Source of the DNA: Antedon mediterranea
Lineage: Eukaryota; Animalia; Echinodermata
Reading direction: 5' to 3'
DNA: 64,000 bases
Assembly: GCF_964355755.1 (NCBI RefSeq)
Contig: NC_092679.1
Coordinates: 3,316,201 to 3,380,200 of the forward strand
Shown here one piece after another: positions 1 to 13,060 of the stretch (position 1 is its first letter; each line of letters begins with the position of its first letter). The position numbers and the translations under genes are program-made. The notes beneath the pieces are model-generated. The model did no database searches. It worked only from the letters and a program-made list of their open reading frames with translations, and had not been told where the DNA came from.

Positions 1-66
1 ATAACTTGATAACTGTCATTATCAATGGAGACACAACTTAGGAATTAATTCTGGTATCTTCGGTAG

Positions 67-408
67 TTTATTTATTTATTTATTTGGAATTACACCTTTA
101 GATCGGTGGCACACTTAGCACAAAGGTGCATCCTTCACAATATAAAATATAACAATTAACAGAAAAGTAAAAAAAGGCAAAAGCAACTATCAACCCCTAT
201 CCTACCCCCCCCCCCCCCCCAATTTACATCGATACATACAGTAGATCATTACTTTACACAATGAATACAAAACAAGATATAGTAAAAGTGTATAAAATAA
301 AATAAAATCAGCTGATAAACACAGCTTATTACGAAAAACCCCCAACTCCTCCCTCCCCCCTCCCACTTTTTTTTCAATTTACTTAATGTAGCAATGTAGA
401 TAACATAG
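67..408 (-). mobile_element. 3' UTR and (AAAT)n tail of the LINE
   Basis: Minus strand ends ggatgcacctttgtgctaagtgtgccaccgatctaaaggtgtaattcc followed by (aaat)4; two small hairpins precede the tandem tail. Confidence 0.75.
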
Positions 409-1780
409 TTATTGAGTCATGGAATTCAGTGAATCATTTCGAAATTGCCATGCTTGTTTTAGGTATCTTTTACAAAAACTATCTAAAATATTTTCACACT
501 CTTCATCAATTAAATTATCTGAGTATCCCAAAATATATTTAAGTTTGTCATTTTCAGGAGAAGTATAAAAAGTATCAAACATATCTTTGCTGCCATTTCT
601 ATACATATCCACATATAAATTAAATAATTCCTGATTACGTATATTATTTAAAGCTGGACAATTAAGGATGAAATGATGGATGTCTTCGTCCGAATTTGTA
701 CCGCACAATTTACATTTTTTATTATTATCAATATTCCAATTTGCAGTTCTATCATTCAAAGGTAGAGTATTTGAACGAGCTTTAAATTTTAATGCAGCAC
801 CTTCAAAATTAGTTTTATCAATTAAGTAATTTTCAAGTCCAGGTTTTGATTTTAATGTTTCATAGATGTGGAGACTTGATTTATTTTGTAATTCAATTCT
901 CCATTCATCTATCATTATATAGTTAAGTTTTCTTAAGATTTCAGAAATTGGAAAGTAGACTTCTTTATAATTTGAGAGAGTGGTGAAAATATTTTTGGAT
1001 TCACAATTACACTTCAAGAGAATATCGTTTATACAAGATAGAAACTTATACCTTAAGTCTTTAAATTCACAATTAAGTTGTAGCATTCCAATAAACATAA
1101 TTTTTGGCCATCGATAGTTTTCCATCTTTATAATTCTATGGAAGTATTTCATACGAAGAGCGTTATGAATCTCGTTAATTGGAGACCAGCCAAGCTCTCC
1201 ATATAAGGCGGCACAAGGTGTATTTCGAGGTGCTTTTAAGATATAACGTGCCATTTGGAGCTGGAGACGCTCTAGTTTATCTATATCTATTCTACTTAAA
1301 GAGCACCATACTGAACAACCATAGTTGATAGATGGGAGAACTATCGATCTCCACAGAGTATCCCCATAATATACTCTGTTAAAGTTATCAAAGCTACTGA
1401 TAATTGATTTAACGTACGCTATTAATCTTTGACCTTTTTTTATAACATTCTCAATTTGTATATGGTCATTTAATTTACGAGAAATATGTACACCGAGATA
1501 TTTATATGATTCAGTTTCAGATATAAAGCCATTACCTAATTTCCATTGTCTTACTTTATCAACACGTTTACCAGTTATCAGTATATTTGACTTTTCAAAA
1601 TTAAAGCATAATTTCCATTCCTTAGCAAAATTTCCTGCAAGGTCTAACATTCTTTTCATTTCCAGTTCATTGTTAGCTAATAATACAATATCATCAGCCC
1701 AAAAAAGGCTACCCATCCATGTATCATTTATTCTAATACCTATATCCTTGGATCTTAACATTTTGGTAAACTCATTTAGT
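409..1780 (-). mobile_element. 5'-truncated non-LTR retrotransposon (LINE) ORF2: C-terminal half of RT plus zinc finger
   Basis: 450-aa uninterrupted ORF with FWADDIVLL (YADD motif), YKYLG, and C-terminal CKLC..EDIHHFILNCP zinc finger. Frame extends a few codons upstream (LNEFTK) to about 1780. Confidence 0.93.
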
Positions 1781-2679
1781 GTATTCTGCCTGTATCAAAG
1801 AATGTGTACATCATGTTTTCTTTCCATGGGGGCGCTGTGTAGAATCTGTACGTCATATAAAAGATAGTGTACATCTTTGGTCATATCAAAGATATACTTT
1901 CCAAGATCTTTGGTCAAATTTTCTCCCGTCATGGGGGCGCTGTATAGACCTCAAACAAAATGGTATCGATTGTTATTTTTGTTTTATGAAAATTTAATCT
2001 TTTATCATTGCCAAGAGTTACTGGAATTCTCTTTTCCCAACTTCAAAGTCTCAAAATCTTGAACAACTTGTCGTGCATACCCAGTGCCGTACATTTTTTT
2101 TTTCTAGATATGACCCATATACATTCTAGGAGTGTATCATTATAATAAAGATAAATCACTTTTACTTAAATATTAAACATATCATTTTTGTTTTATATAT
2201 TATTATTAGTATTGATGCTTTATTATTCCCACTTTTTCTTATTATTTTTTGTAACCATGTTAAAGGGTCAACTGAGACAAGTTTACAGCTAGGTTGGTCC
2301 TCACTTTTATGCTCTGTATTTTTTTTGTAGGCCCTAGCGGAATTTGATGAAATAAATGTTTGTTGAATTTGGAATTATTAATGTTGTAAACAATCAATAG
2401 ATTATATCTTTTTTCTAAGTTAAGTTAAACCTATTTGAACACGATAATTGCGGGAAATATTTATAGGCCTAACCATAATGTAATGCTACCAAAGGTCTAT
2501 TTGTGTACAGTAGTAACTGTACATGAACTGTACATGCTCTTTGTGACAGAAACAAAAATGCCAATGGCGCCCTCTATACCGGTTTTAAAACTGTTCATTG
2601 TACTTTCTAGACTTTTATCATTTCGATGTATAATATTATTGCACAATACCGGAACGCTCTACCCACAAATGTAAATACT

Positions 2680-2715
2680 GTAATACCATGGAGAATTATT
2701 TCTCCATGGTAATAC
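2680..2715. mobile_element. 22-bp CATGG..CCATG palindrome with 7-bp TSD (GTAATAC)
   Basis: gtaatac|catggagaattatttctccatg|gtaatac. Confidence 0.8.
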
Positions 2716-3081
2716 ATATTCATGTTCTTTGTGTTCCTATGGACCTTTCTATTGCGTGAAAAGAAAGATACAGATTAAGGTATTTTTATTACGGAAAAAC
2801 ATCAACATGTACACCATCAACAGAAGTCATCCAAAATTCTTCAGACAGTGAAAAAAATACGATGAAAAGTTACAAATTATACATTAGGAATTAAACATAT
2901 ATAGTATTTAAAAATATCTGTAAATACGCCGCCGACGCCACGAATAATAGAAATATTAGTAATTATGATACAGTGTAGGCTTAACTATCTTTAATCTATC
3001 TTTAATTTGTCATATATTCAACAACCGCAGTCAACAAAGGCATTGTTCGCCATTCATAGCGATGTGTTTAAAAAGGGTGCA

Positions 3082-3136
3082 GTTAGACCATGGAGGGTAC
3101 ATTATTTATATATAAATGATTCTCCCATGGTTTGAC
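3082..3136. mobile_element. 41-bp CATGG..CCATG element with 7-bp TSD (1 mismatch)
   Basis: gttagac|catggagggtac...ttctcccatg|gtttgac. Confidence 0.7.
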
Positions 3137-3333
3137 AACGACCCGAACCGAACGGATTAACCCAACTTTTGTACAAAAGAAAGCATGCTTTTATATTCTT
3201 GCTAGTTGCTAGTTCGACGTCAACACTTTTGTTATTACACGAAAAAAATGAAAGAAAAGGACGAACCATAAAGATACACGTTTTATGTTTAGTTTTCTAT
3301 GACTAACACAAATACTTAATATAGGCTAATATA

Positions 3334-3888
3334 AGCTTTGTTCCCACTAGGACGCACCAAAAGGACGAGAACGCAACCGAGTTGACCAATATGATAGCGA
3401 TGGATGGAATCGCTTGACTGAGACGCAACACGTAAGATCAACGCAAGTGAGCTGACCAATCACAAGCGATGGATTATTCGAACTTTCTCTTGTCACAAAC
3501 CCACCTGCGTTGGTCTATCTTACGTCCTTGCAATGCGTCTCTAGTGGGAACCAAGATACGTTGCGACGTACCGTATGTCCTTGCGTTGCGTCTGGGGGAA
3601 CCAAGCTGTACGTTGCGAATTACGTCCTTGCGTTTGCGTCCAAGTGGGAACCAAGCTGTTAGCTTGGTTCCCACTAGAACGTAACGCAAGGACGTAAACG
3701 CAACGCAAGCGTTTTAACCAATGACAAGCGAAGTTATAGACAGTTAGCAATCACAAGCGAATAAGCCATCGCTTGTGATTGGTCAATTCACTTACGTTGC
3801 GTTACGTCCTTGTGTTGCGTCGCTAGTGGGAACCACGCTTTACGTTGCGACTTACGTCCTTGCGTTGCGTCCTAGTGGGAATCAAGCT
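3334..3888. mobile_element. Cluster of palindromic MITEs, family A (TIR AGCTTGGTTCCCACTAG; Harbinger-like)
   Basis: Repeated gcttggttcccactag...ctagtgggaaccaagc ends, inner gaccaatcacaagcga/tcgcttgtgattggtc inverted pair, TAA/TTA flanks. Confidence 0.85.
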
Positions 3889-4199
3889 TTATGTGACAGA
3901 ATTTAAAACAATGATGATAGAATAAGAATAGGCCTACTGTACAGTAAAGTAGCAAAACAAAAATGTTATATCTTATTCCGAAGGTTTAGAATTATCCATA
4001 CTAGAGGGTGAGCTCGCTTCGCTCGCTCCCCCTCTAGGATGTGTAGACGATGGTTCTCGGAATGATAATGTTCTCCTTATACGTTTTCTGTCGGTTACCA
4101 TTATTGAAAATGCTTGACATTCGTAAAACTAAACTACTTTGTTTCACAGTGTTTTAGATGATTAATAACATTTTAAAGTATAGTTTTTATTGTTTGGTA

Positions 4200-4512
4200 G
4201 GGCCCTTTGGGGAGGCGGAGGTCATTTGAGGGAGGTGCTTATTCGAGGGATATATGTTAAATTTTTTAGTTTTAATAATATGGTAAAATTTATAATCAAA
4301 TGAGATCTTCTAATAGATATGAAAAGTGCTAAAAAAGAATAACAAATGCTTGGTAAATTGTAGATAACAGTGCGGTGAATTCTACTACAAATAGTATAAT
4401 TTTGTTATTATAAATATGTGGATGGACGTTTATTAGATAGTTGGGTTGGGGGGGGGGGGGGTTTATTATTCAAAGTGATGTTTTATTGGAGAGGCGTTTA
4501 TTCAAATGAATA
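4200..4512. repeat. Degenerate dispersed repeat with GGCG(C/T)TTATTCGAGGG subrepeats; related copy at about 16905-17060
   Basis: Both copies share gaattctactacaaatag and the ttattcgaggg motifs. Confidence 0.55.
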
Positions 4513-7211
4513 CCATCCTAATAATTATTAATACATTATTTAATTTAATCATCTCTTGAAACTGCCGTAACAGAGTGGGCCCAAGAAAGAAGACATTACG
4601 GCTTGCAACATGGGCAGACATCTCGGTCCTAACGGGACACAGGAAGATAGCCTACAGTTATTCCTGCAAGCTTACTCAATAAAACTCAGCTATCGGGATT
4701 TCACTCGAAAAATGTCTTATCATCAAATCTCCCTATGTAATTTTATAATACATTCCCCACAATATATTCTGATTCTTTATGACGTATATTTAATTTCATC
4801 TTTATTAATTTGCAGTATAATTTAACTACTGTACCTTCACACACGCGTGGTATGTTTTAAAATAAACAAAAAACTGAAATGGCTGTGACTAATGGCCAAC
4901 CACTCCTACTATCTGATTTTTTTTTCGTCTTCCAAAGGGACACTGTATTGATTGATGGAAAGTGCCTGTTTCCAGTCACCTTTAGGGTCAAATCTATTAT
5001 TTTAACTGCTCCCTTGTGTTTAAAAGAGAGAAAATATGTGAACTTATCTTAAACCCGGAAATTACTTTGACCGAGAAGAATTGAAATTGAGAGGAAAATC
5101 TAATGTTGAAATCATAAATGTTGTTAAAAAACTCTTTATAATATCTTCCTAAGATATAAATATGGAACAATAGCGTCGGCGTGCACACTAATGTTATCAA
5201 ATCTACGTTTCGCGGTACATCTCGGAGATTTGTACCGAAGTTTTTGCATTGTGCTCGCCTATGTCAGAATTAACCATAATTTATATATAGATATGATAAC
5301 CACCACCACGTCATCGTTATCATCAGTTAAAAAAAAACCACACAATTTAGTTTCGATTTTGCTCGGGTTACAGAAATTTTATTTTCAAAAATTAAATTGT
5401 CATGTTATTCAGGTAATGCTGGGTTTTGTCACGTGTCACATGTTTACTTATTTCTATCTATTCAGTATTCATAAAAAAAACCATCAATATTTTAAATTTA
5501 CATATTTATTAATAGACAACAATATCACAATGTATAAATTGAGCAGATAGTAATTAGTTGAGCTTATTTAAGAGGGGGTTCATTGAAGCACTCCCTTGCT
5601 TTCCCCAAATGCACGAATTGGGCCTAAAATTCTTCTCCCACAATTTGAGTAAAAAATCGCATCATTCGATTTCACTCGACCTCCGCCATGGTTCAGTCTG
5701 CTCGCTCAGTGTATGGTGGATTATTCTAACACTAAGCTTATGCATATTCATTAGCCGTAATCGTGAACGCCATACACTGGGTGTGTCGCCTGGCCGCTTC
5801 TCTCTGTGTTGAACTAGCTGGCATCATTTAAACCACGCACGGAGATCGTTAACCGCCTTTCATTTAAAGAATCCGAATTATCTAAACAAAGTAAGTTCTT
5901 GCTTTAATTCATCATTTTGAAATCAAAACCATTTTAGATATTTTGCATTTAATGAAATCATAGTTTGTTTGCGTAATCGAAAAGTTTAGTTTAGGATTGT
6001 CAAATCGTCTCAGGTATTGGATGAGTGCGAAGGTTAACAAGTTGGGGGAAAAAGGAGCAAATGTAATGCACACATAAGATTGTATACCACACGCAGAGTG
6101 CACAAAATACGGATAAGAAAGGATGTAAAGAGGATGAAAATGCATAAGATTACATAACTTATCGTTTTGCTATATAATTAATAATCTAACGAAGTCATAT
6201 GGGTATCTTTGTTGACATGACGGTAGCCTCTCCCAGTTTAAGACAATAAAACTGAAAAGAAAATAAAAAATGTAGAAAAATAAGATTTATACCATGTTTT
6301 GTATCTTGAATTCATTGATGTGTTCAGTTTGTCAAGATGAGCCGCAAATATTGTCTTTCTGCCGATATTAATGAATGATGAAATTGTCGTTTTCAAGCCT
6401 AAAATATGGTCAAAAACGTTGGTTTTTCGTAGAATTGCTGTTTTGGCCTAGTCTTAAATAAATACCAAGCCCTCAATTATGAGTTTTCTCAATTGTAAGC
6501 AAGCCTTTTTACAGCGATTTTGTTGTAAAAAAAGTTGAAAATTGTTGTGTTGTTATTGATTAATATACAATAAACACTCTGATATGACCTATTATTTTAT
6601 TTTATTTACACTTTATACTGATGGGGCTTGGTATTTAGTAGGATCCAACAAATTGTTTTACAACTTTTTACACAGAAATAATAACACTGCTCAATTAATG
6701 TTCGTGGGCACCAACTTACATTGTTACAAGCAGATTACGCAGGTCTAATTCCGCTTTTGTGGGTTAACTTTACACTGTGCATTTTTTAAAGACACATCCC
6801 TACGTTAACAAAATAAGTGTATTGTATGCATTGAGGAGGTGCACACAAGAATGAAAAGGCCCAACCGACCAATGGACGCTTTTTGAAAGGTGAAGGAATG
6901 ACATCTTTGTATGTCACAGAACAGTGTTTATTTGGAACTATTGAAACTCTGTCATGCACGGAGCGCAGTCCGTTGTTCGCTTTATATTACCCGAGGGTGT
7001 TGATGTATGTTGACCCCGCTGCTGCTCAGACGATTCACAATGAACCAATCAAATCGCAGGAATTAACTGGAAAATGCATATTTTCACTTCATAGCATCTA
7101 TTCATTCATCCATATAAATAAAGTCATCCAGGCTCCCAACCAATACGTCGTCAACTAAACGTAAAAACGCGTTATTTGATGATGTTGACAATGTAATTTT
7201 TGTTTACCATA

Positions 7212-7423
7212 TTTATTGAGGGTGATCCATCCAGCTATTGCTGATCATTAGGGACCCTCAGTGGTTCACAAGACAAACATGCACAAGATACTCTACATAA
7301 ACAAACAAAACAAAGTCTTTGGGAGTGGAGTTTTAATTTAGTCCTGACATGTGACGGGACTTGAACCCAGGACCCTTGGAGTGGTAGCCAAGCATCATAA
7401 CCACCAAGCCACAACTCCACTCC
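7212..7423 (-). mobile_element. tRNA-derived SINE with LINE-like 3' stem-loop
   Basis: Minus strand has A box TGGCTTGGTGG and B box GGTTCAAGTCC. Its 3' end gagggtccctaatgatcagc..gctggatggatcaccctc-aataaa matches the element at 20216-20256. Confidence 0.75.
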
Positions 7424-8743
7424 ACTTCATGATAATATCTTCCAAATCCCTCTCTACGCATGTGTTTAAGCTGACGCTTTCGATTCGCGCAAACAAATTT
7501 GCATGGTGGAAAATCGGCATTAACGTAATCGAATGTTGCCATATAAATAAAACAACTTAAGCAAGAATAAGTTTTTGCAACCATTCGGGATTGTTTTCAC
7601 AATTCACTCAATCAAGATGCTTTCCTTATTGATAGGAGCAAACCCTTTTGGCTTGTTAATATAAAGCATTCAGTGCAACATATCGACCGTAGCATTTACA
7701 CGTGTTAAAGCTCAGGTGGTACAGGCATGACTTTTAAATATAATATCTGGTTAATTGTACATAAATCAAATATTTGTAATAGAAATCAAGACGAAATATT
7801 ATTTCCCTTAAAATGGTCAAATACAAAATTTAGCAAAATTCTGGACCAGGAAGACATTTTTTCAGTAGTTAGGTAGTTTAACCTAATGTAAACATGTCTG
7901 GTGACTCCCTAGTAGAAGGTGAAAAAATGTACAAACGAATAGAGATTTTACTGTGTAATTTAAACTACCCCCCACTGTTAAGAAGGTGATTATTTTCAAC
8001 AAGTTCGTGTAGCACAAATAAAATCCCCAAAAGTATGAAACAGGGGAAACTATTATAGATCGATATTTATTGAAAATGTATGAGCATAGACATTTGTTTG
8101 CCCGCAATTCTTAGGAGGAGCAACCAATTGAGGTTAGGAATTAAGCAGGAAATACTTAAAATCGGTAACAATAATAAAAGGCAAAATTCGTGATGAGGAA
8201 ATACAATGAATTAAGAATGTCGGAAAAGTACTGTCAAGTTAAAAAGTATTCCTATCAAAATCTTACTAGACCTAATAATAACATTCTTCATAAACTTATT
8301 AGAGCAATGTAGGTAATTTGATGGCGTATTCATCTGTGACAAGACAACAATTGATGTTTACGGTTTTCCCCAGGTCAGTCAATAAATCCTTCGTTTTGTC
8401 ACAAGAAACCTAAAAAGTGAAATTCACTAACATAATGAAGAAAAATACCAGCAACACAAAACTACTGTGTGTGCAATGTTGCATACTTTAAATTGTCACT
8501 GAAATCGACCAAACGTTTAGAGAATTATTCACTCATGAGAAACGATGAATAAAAACATGCCTATTGATAGAAATCATATTTGTTCAGGGTTCGAGCTTAT
8601 TTCTATAGTCAAATTGTCAGTATATAATGTCCTTTGGGACATCTCTATTCAGACGCCATGAAAACACTTTTTTTTTCAATTGTGAACCGAACGACCAGGG
8701 GAAATATTGTTTAAATAATTAAACCATAGAGGTCGACGCACAA

Positions 8744-8866
8744 GACCAATTTACACGACGAGCGGTACCGTAAGCGGAAACCGCGTAGCTCGTCCCCACG
8801 TAGAATCTGTATCTCTATCCTGAGCGGAAACCGCCCGTCCACACTCCGCGTTGTGTGTAAATGGTC
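8744..8866. mobile_element. Short MITE-like element
   Basis: gaccaatttacac ... gtgtaaatggtc imperfect terminal inverted repeats; a further inverted copy lies at about 8905-8925. Confidence 0.45.
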
Positions 8867-9083
8867 ATAATAAGGAATATTCTATATTATTATTTGTATC
8901 CGTTTACCGCTCGTCTGTGTAAATTCGCCGCCTTTACGATAAATTCTTATGCATGGGAGTAAGGGGACACTTCATTGGATCCCGAGTGAGTTTTTTTAAT
9001 ATACTTTCTACTTTATAAGCAATCGGTTAAATACACCGAATTCAGTGGAAGTTTTTAACCGGTTATTTTACGCTGCCTTTTAA

Positions 9084-10472
9084 AGTGGAGCTCCACCCAG
9101 AAAATTACTATTTTTCATACATTTCAACTATTATTTAAAAATATCATCCCTTATACTTCATATTTTTTTGAAATTTTTTTCAATGAGTACGATTTTCTTG
9201 AAAATCACGCCTTTTTGCGTTTTGGGGGGATACCTTGTAATTTCCTATTCTTTTACATGCAAAAGGGGGGTATATTTGAATAATCCTAAAAAATTCATTT
9301 CTTCACCAAAAAAAAAAAAGTAAAATGTATATTTATGTAATTTTTCCAGATCTTTCTATTTCTGGTATTTTTATCACGTATACATTGCGCAATTTTGCGT
9401 AAATAGACACTTTCCCCCGTTCGGGTCCAATTGGGTTTTTCATTTTGCTAGGGAGTACGATCACGTGACATTTTTCACAATCACACTACTGCAGCTGGCG
9501 ATCTGTTATTTTGTCGCGATGTTATTTTTGACGGGCGAAAAGTATATTAAAACATTCTGAATGTGACCCTATTATGTTTCACAGTGTAATAATGTGATTA
9601 TGAGACTATTACTAAAATGTCAAATTTAACGAGATTTGAGAAAGATGTGGCTATATATTCAATAAAGCTAGGCCTAGGCCTACTACTAGAGTGTAGGTAT
9701 GTACCGATGCTGCTCAGTGGCTTGGCCTCTAGCTAGGCTAGGCTGACAGCAGTGAAGTTTGTTTTGCTGTCACCCGACCTTGGCCTACCCATGGGCCATG
9801 ATAGGGTGCCTGAATAGTTGCTTTTCAGTCAGGTCTAAGCTTGCACATCGCTTTACTATTCTTTACTACTCTTGTTCTGTATAGGATTTTGTGTTCCACA
9901 ATTCTTAATGTGCAAGAAAACCCAGGAACGATAAATGGGGCGAAACGACCATGTCTATGAATACATAGGCCTCTAGACAAAAATTCAAGGCTAGCTAGGC
10001 TGAGCAGACGGCTTAGCTAGGCCTAGCCCTAGCTTAAAGTTAAAAGCAATCTGATAAGATTATGCTGTTGTTGTACAGTGAAAATCATGAGGTTACATGT
10101 AAATTATACTGACATTCTTATCGGAAATATTAGTTAGGCCTAAACAAATCGTATTAATTGTGTGTATAAAATTTATTCCCCATTTTTCGACACATAATTT
10201 ACCAAAGGGGTGACATTTCCACAATGCGTTGACCAGCGACTAAAACGCGTCAGTCGCTAAGTGTAACGCGTTTCGCGACGTATTGTAAACTAATAACCCC
10301 TAAGTTACTGAAAAACTGTAATTTGTTAAAAAACACTATTTTCTGACCGATTTTTTATAAATAAGTTTTTGGAAAATATTTCCGTATTTTCCCTGTTTTT
10401 TTTATGTAATCACTTTCAATTAAACATACTTAAACATAATATAAGCTGAGAAAGTCTGAGTGTAGCTCCACT
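9084..10472. mobile_element. 1.39-kb non-autonomous DNA transposon with TTAA TSD (Kolobok-like)
   Basis: ttaa|agtggagctccacccaga ... tctgagtgtagctccact|ttaa; 16/18 TIR match; AG..CT termini; no ORF. Confidence 0.85.
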
Positions 10473-11214
10473 TTAATCAATCCTGGATATTTGCATTTTC
10501 ACTTGGCATGCTGAGTAATTATTTAACATTATAAACTGACTGTATTAACAACAAACAAAACTTAAATACATACCTGTAATATTCACAATTCATATCAGTT
10601 TTGTTGGAAACTACATGATTATAACAAAATGATATTATTTCATAACTAGGTTATAGTTTCCTTTTCAGTGTTCAATTAATATGATATAATAATACCTGTC
10701 GAACCATCTATAATGTTTATTGTTTCTGTAGTACATATTTGGTCATATGTTTACACAATCTTTAATTGAAACCTATGATTTAATGAGTCAATAAAAAAAG
10801 CCGAATGCAATAAACAAGCTTTATTATATTTAGTATATTTTGTTCTTTCTTTTTTACATCCTACTGTTGTGCCATATAACACTCCTCAAAATGCCACAGA
10901 TATTTTAAGCTTTCATTACAAATGTATAGAACGATTCTATAGTGATTAGTTGAGTGTCATGTAAATAAAATGTAGGCCTACAGTACAAGGTTTTCTATGC
11001 CGCCGGCCTATAAAAACATTCTCAGCCGCCACACCCACATCTCCACTCATTTATATTTAAAAATCCTGGATCCGACTGCCTGTACTACAATACTATGCCA
11101 CATCGCGTGAAAAAAAGTGTATGATTGATAAGCGAGATGTTGGTACGGTGATAAGGCCAGAATCATTAGGGATGTACGGAGGGGCGACACGTGATCCATT
11201 CTCCAACAAATTTA

Positions 11215-11248
11215 TCACAACCATGGAGGTATACCTCCATGTCACAAC
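11215..11248. mobile_element. 20-bp perfect CATGG..CCATG palindrome with 7-bp TSD (TCACAAC)
   Basis: tcacaac|catggaggtatacctccatg|tcacaac. Confidence 0.85.
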
Positions 11249-12805
11249 CAAGGCAATCTAACAACAGGACATTGAGCTCGCCTTGGCAAGATATAGGAAC
11301 AGTCATTTGACCTTATGTCAGGCTGCGAGAAATACCGTATTAACAGTACTGTGTACAGTACTTTCAACTTATAGTGCATGGGGGATGGGGGGGGGGGAGA
11401 ATGCTTTGTTAGATGACGATGATGACAGTAATATTGAAGATGATTCTGATGGTGATGACGTAGGGTTTCTATCATATGAAAATGTTTTCGAACAAGTAGT
11501 GGATATCAGTGTGGGAACCATTATTATTGTTCATTGTTAACTGCATCGGCCATCATAACAATTTCTATTGATTCTAATTCATACACAGCTGTTGTGATGA
11601 TCTAAAGAAAAATCGAATGTGTTATTGCTTTTAAATTCATAAATATAAATAGTGTAGAAATGGTACGTAATCACGACAAATTATAAATGCAAAGAATTTT
11701 CTTGAATTGTGATTTACTTTCACACTTTGTCGAGTTGACAATTACTGCTTGCTTTTTTTTTTTCGTTTGAACTTGTGTTTGACCTTTGTGTTTGACCTAC
11801 ACATTTAATATTAAGTTATTGTACTATACTATATCGGGGGAAAAAAAATTCATTTTAAAATCTTGTTTAGCAATATTGCTAATCAAACTGATTTTGTAGT
11901 CGAGAAACATAGTTTTGTATTGTATTTTGTTCCTATAACATTTTAGAAATGTGTAGCAATAAAGGTTGTTTTGTTGTATAGCTATGCACACTGGTGAAAT
12001 TATTCCCCGACTATTTTTATTTTTAAAAACCTCGATGAAATCAATTCGAGAATGGAAAGAAGAAAAGGAGAAACCGGTAAAACTGAATCTAAGGATTTTT
12101 TAACTGCGAGAATATTAAAAATGTCGTCTAGTTTTTAATATTTTATTCTCATTTTTACACAAATTTCTTTGAATTATTATGAATTGTAATATGTGTAGAT
12201 ATGCTTCTGAAAAGTGTGTGAATATTTAATTTTGTGACTATCGGTTGCTGGTACAAACTTTAAGCGTTAAGTTCACGAATTTACGGTTATCGTATACATT
12301 ATTTACGAGCCTACTAGCTTTATATGACGATTTCTGCATATTTTGTAGGAAAAAGTGTAGTGCCCTTAATGTGGAAAAAGTGGCTTTTTTGTTTAAAAAA
12401 AAATGTCCTGTAAAAATTCTGTTACGGGTTGGAGTATTAGATGCCAATTATCAATTCGTTATCGGATATTTTTCATTATTCGCGGTACTATACGTATCAT
12501 TTATTTGTTTTAACAGAATATAATATACAGTATTAAGTTTAATCTAAATCATAATGAACGGAAAACGTATTTGATACAAAACAGGTATGCAATGAGCCGA
12601 AGCTCCTAAACGCATTACCCTATAATACAGATATCTAATTAGCAAATAAAACAATAAAAGTACAAATAGAAATAAAAAGTAAAAGTAACAAAAGTGAACT
12701 CTACATGAGTGAATATTTATTACGAAACAATTGGTTGTTTGTTATCAATTAGACAGATCAAGGAGTTACTATAAAAGTGGTATAATTAAAGAAATGTGTA
12801 TATAT

Positions 12806-13060
12806 ATGAAGGGCTAGTGTTGCCCGAAAGCTCTGCTAACTTTTCTGGCTGTTTACTTTATCGTTTTGATTTAGCTTTTCGCTTTTTATTTTTGTATCTC
12901 CATTGAGATCCAGCCACTGATACCCACAGCATTGTCATTTTTTTCAGTAATTTGCCTTTGGATTTATATATATATACTGTAAAACTCAAAACGATAAAGT
13001 AAACAGCTAGAAAAGTTAGCAGAGCTTTCGGGCAACACTAGCCCTTCATCAGTGCAAGTG
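12806..13060. mobile_element. Tail-to-tail inverted pair of Penelope-like terminal repeat fragments
   Basis: 12806-12870 is the reverse complement of about 12986-13049; a (TA)n spacer separates them; homologous copy at 32325-32545. Confidence 0.75.
13019..13055 (-). ncRNA. Minimal type I hammerhead ribozyme motif
   Basis: gca-CUGAUGA-a-GGGC uaguguu GCCC-GAA-AGCU-C-ugc: conserved core, 4-bp stem II, palindromic AGCU stem III, short stem I. Confidence 0.75.

Noticed and set aside
1779-2062. Short plus-strand ORFs next to the LINE, with a repeated catgggggcgctgt
   Set aside because: No convincing motif or continuous frame; possibly decayed retroelement but not supportable.
7340-7420. Functional tRNA gene
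   Set aside because: A and B boxes are present but no clean acceptor stem; context is SINE-like.
11283-11540. ORF with an acidic DDDDDSNIEDD tract
   Set aside because: Low complexity, crosses a poly-G run, no recognisable domain or partner exons; possibly a transposon relic.
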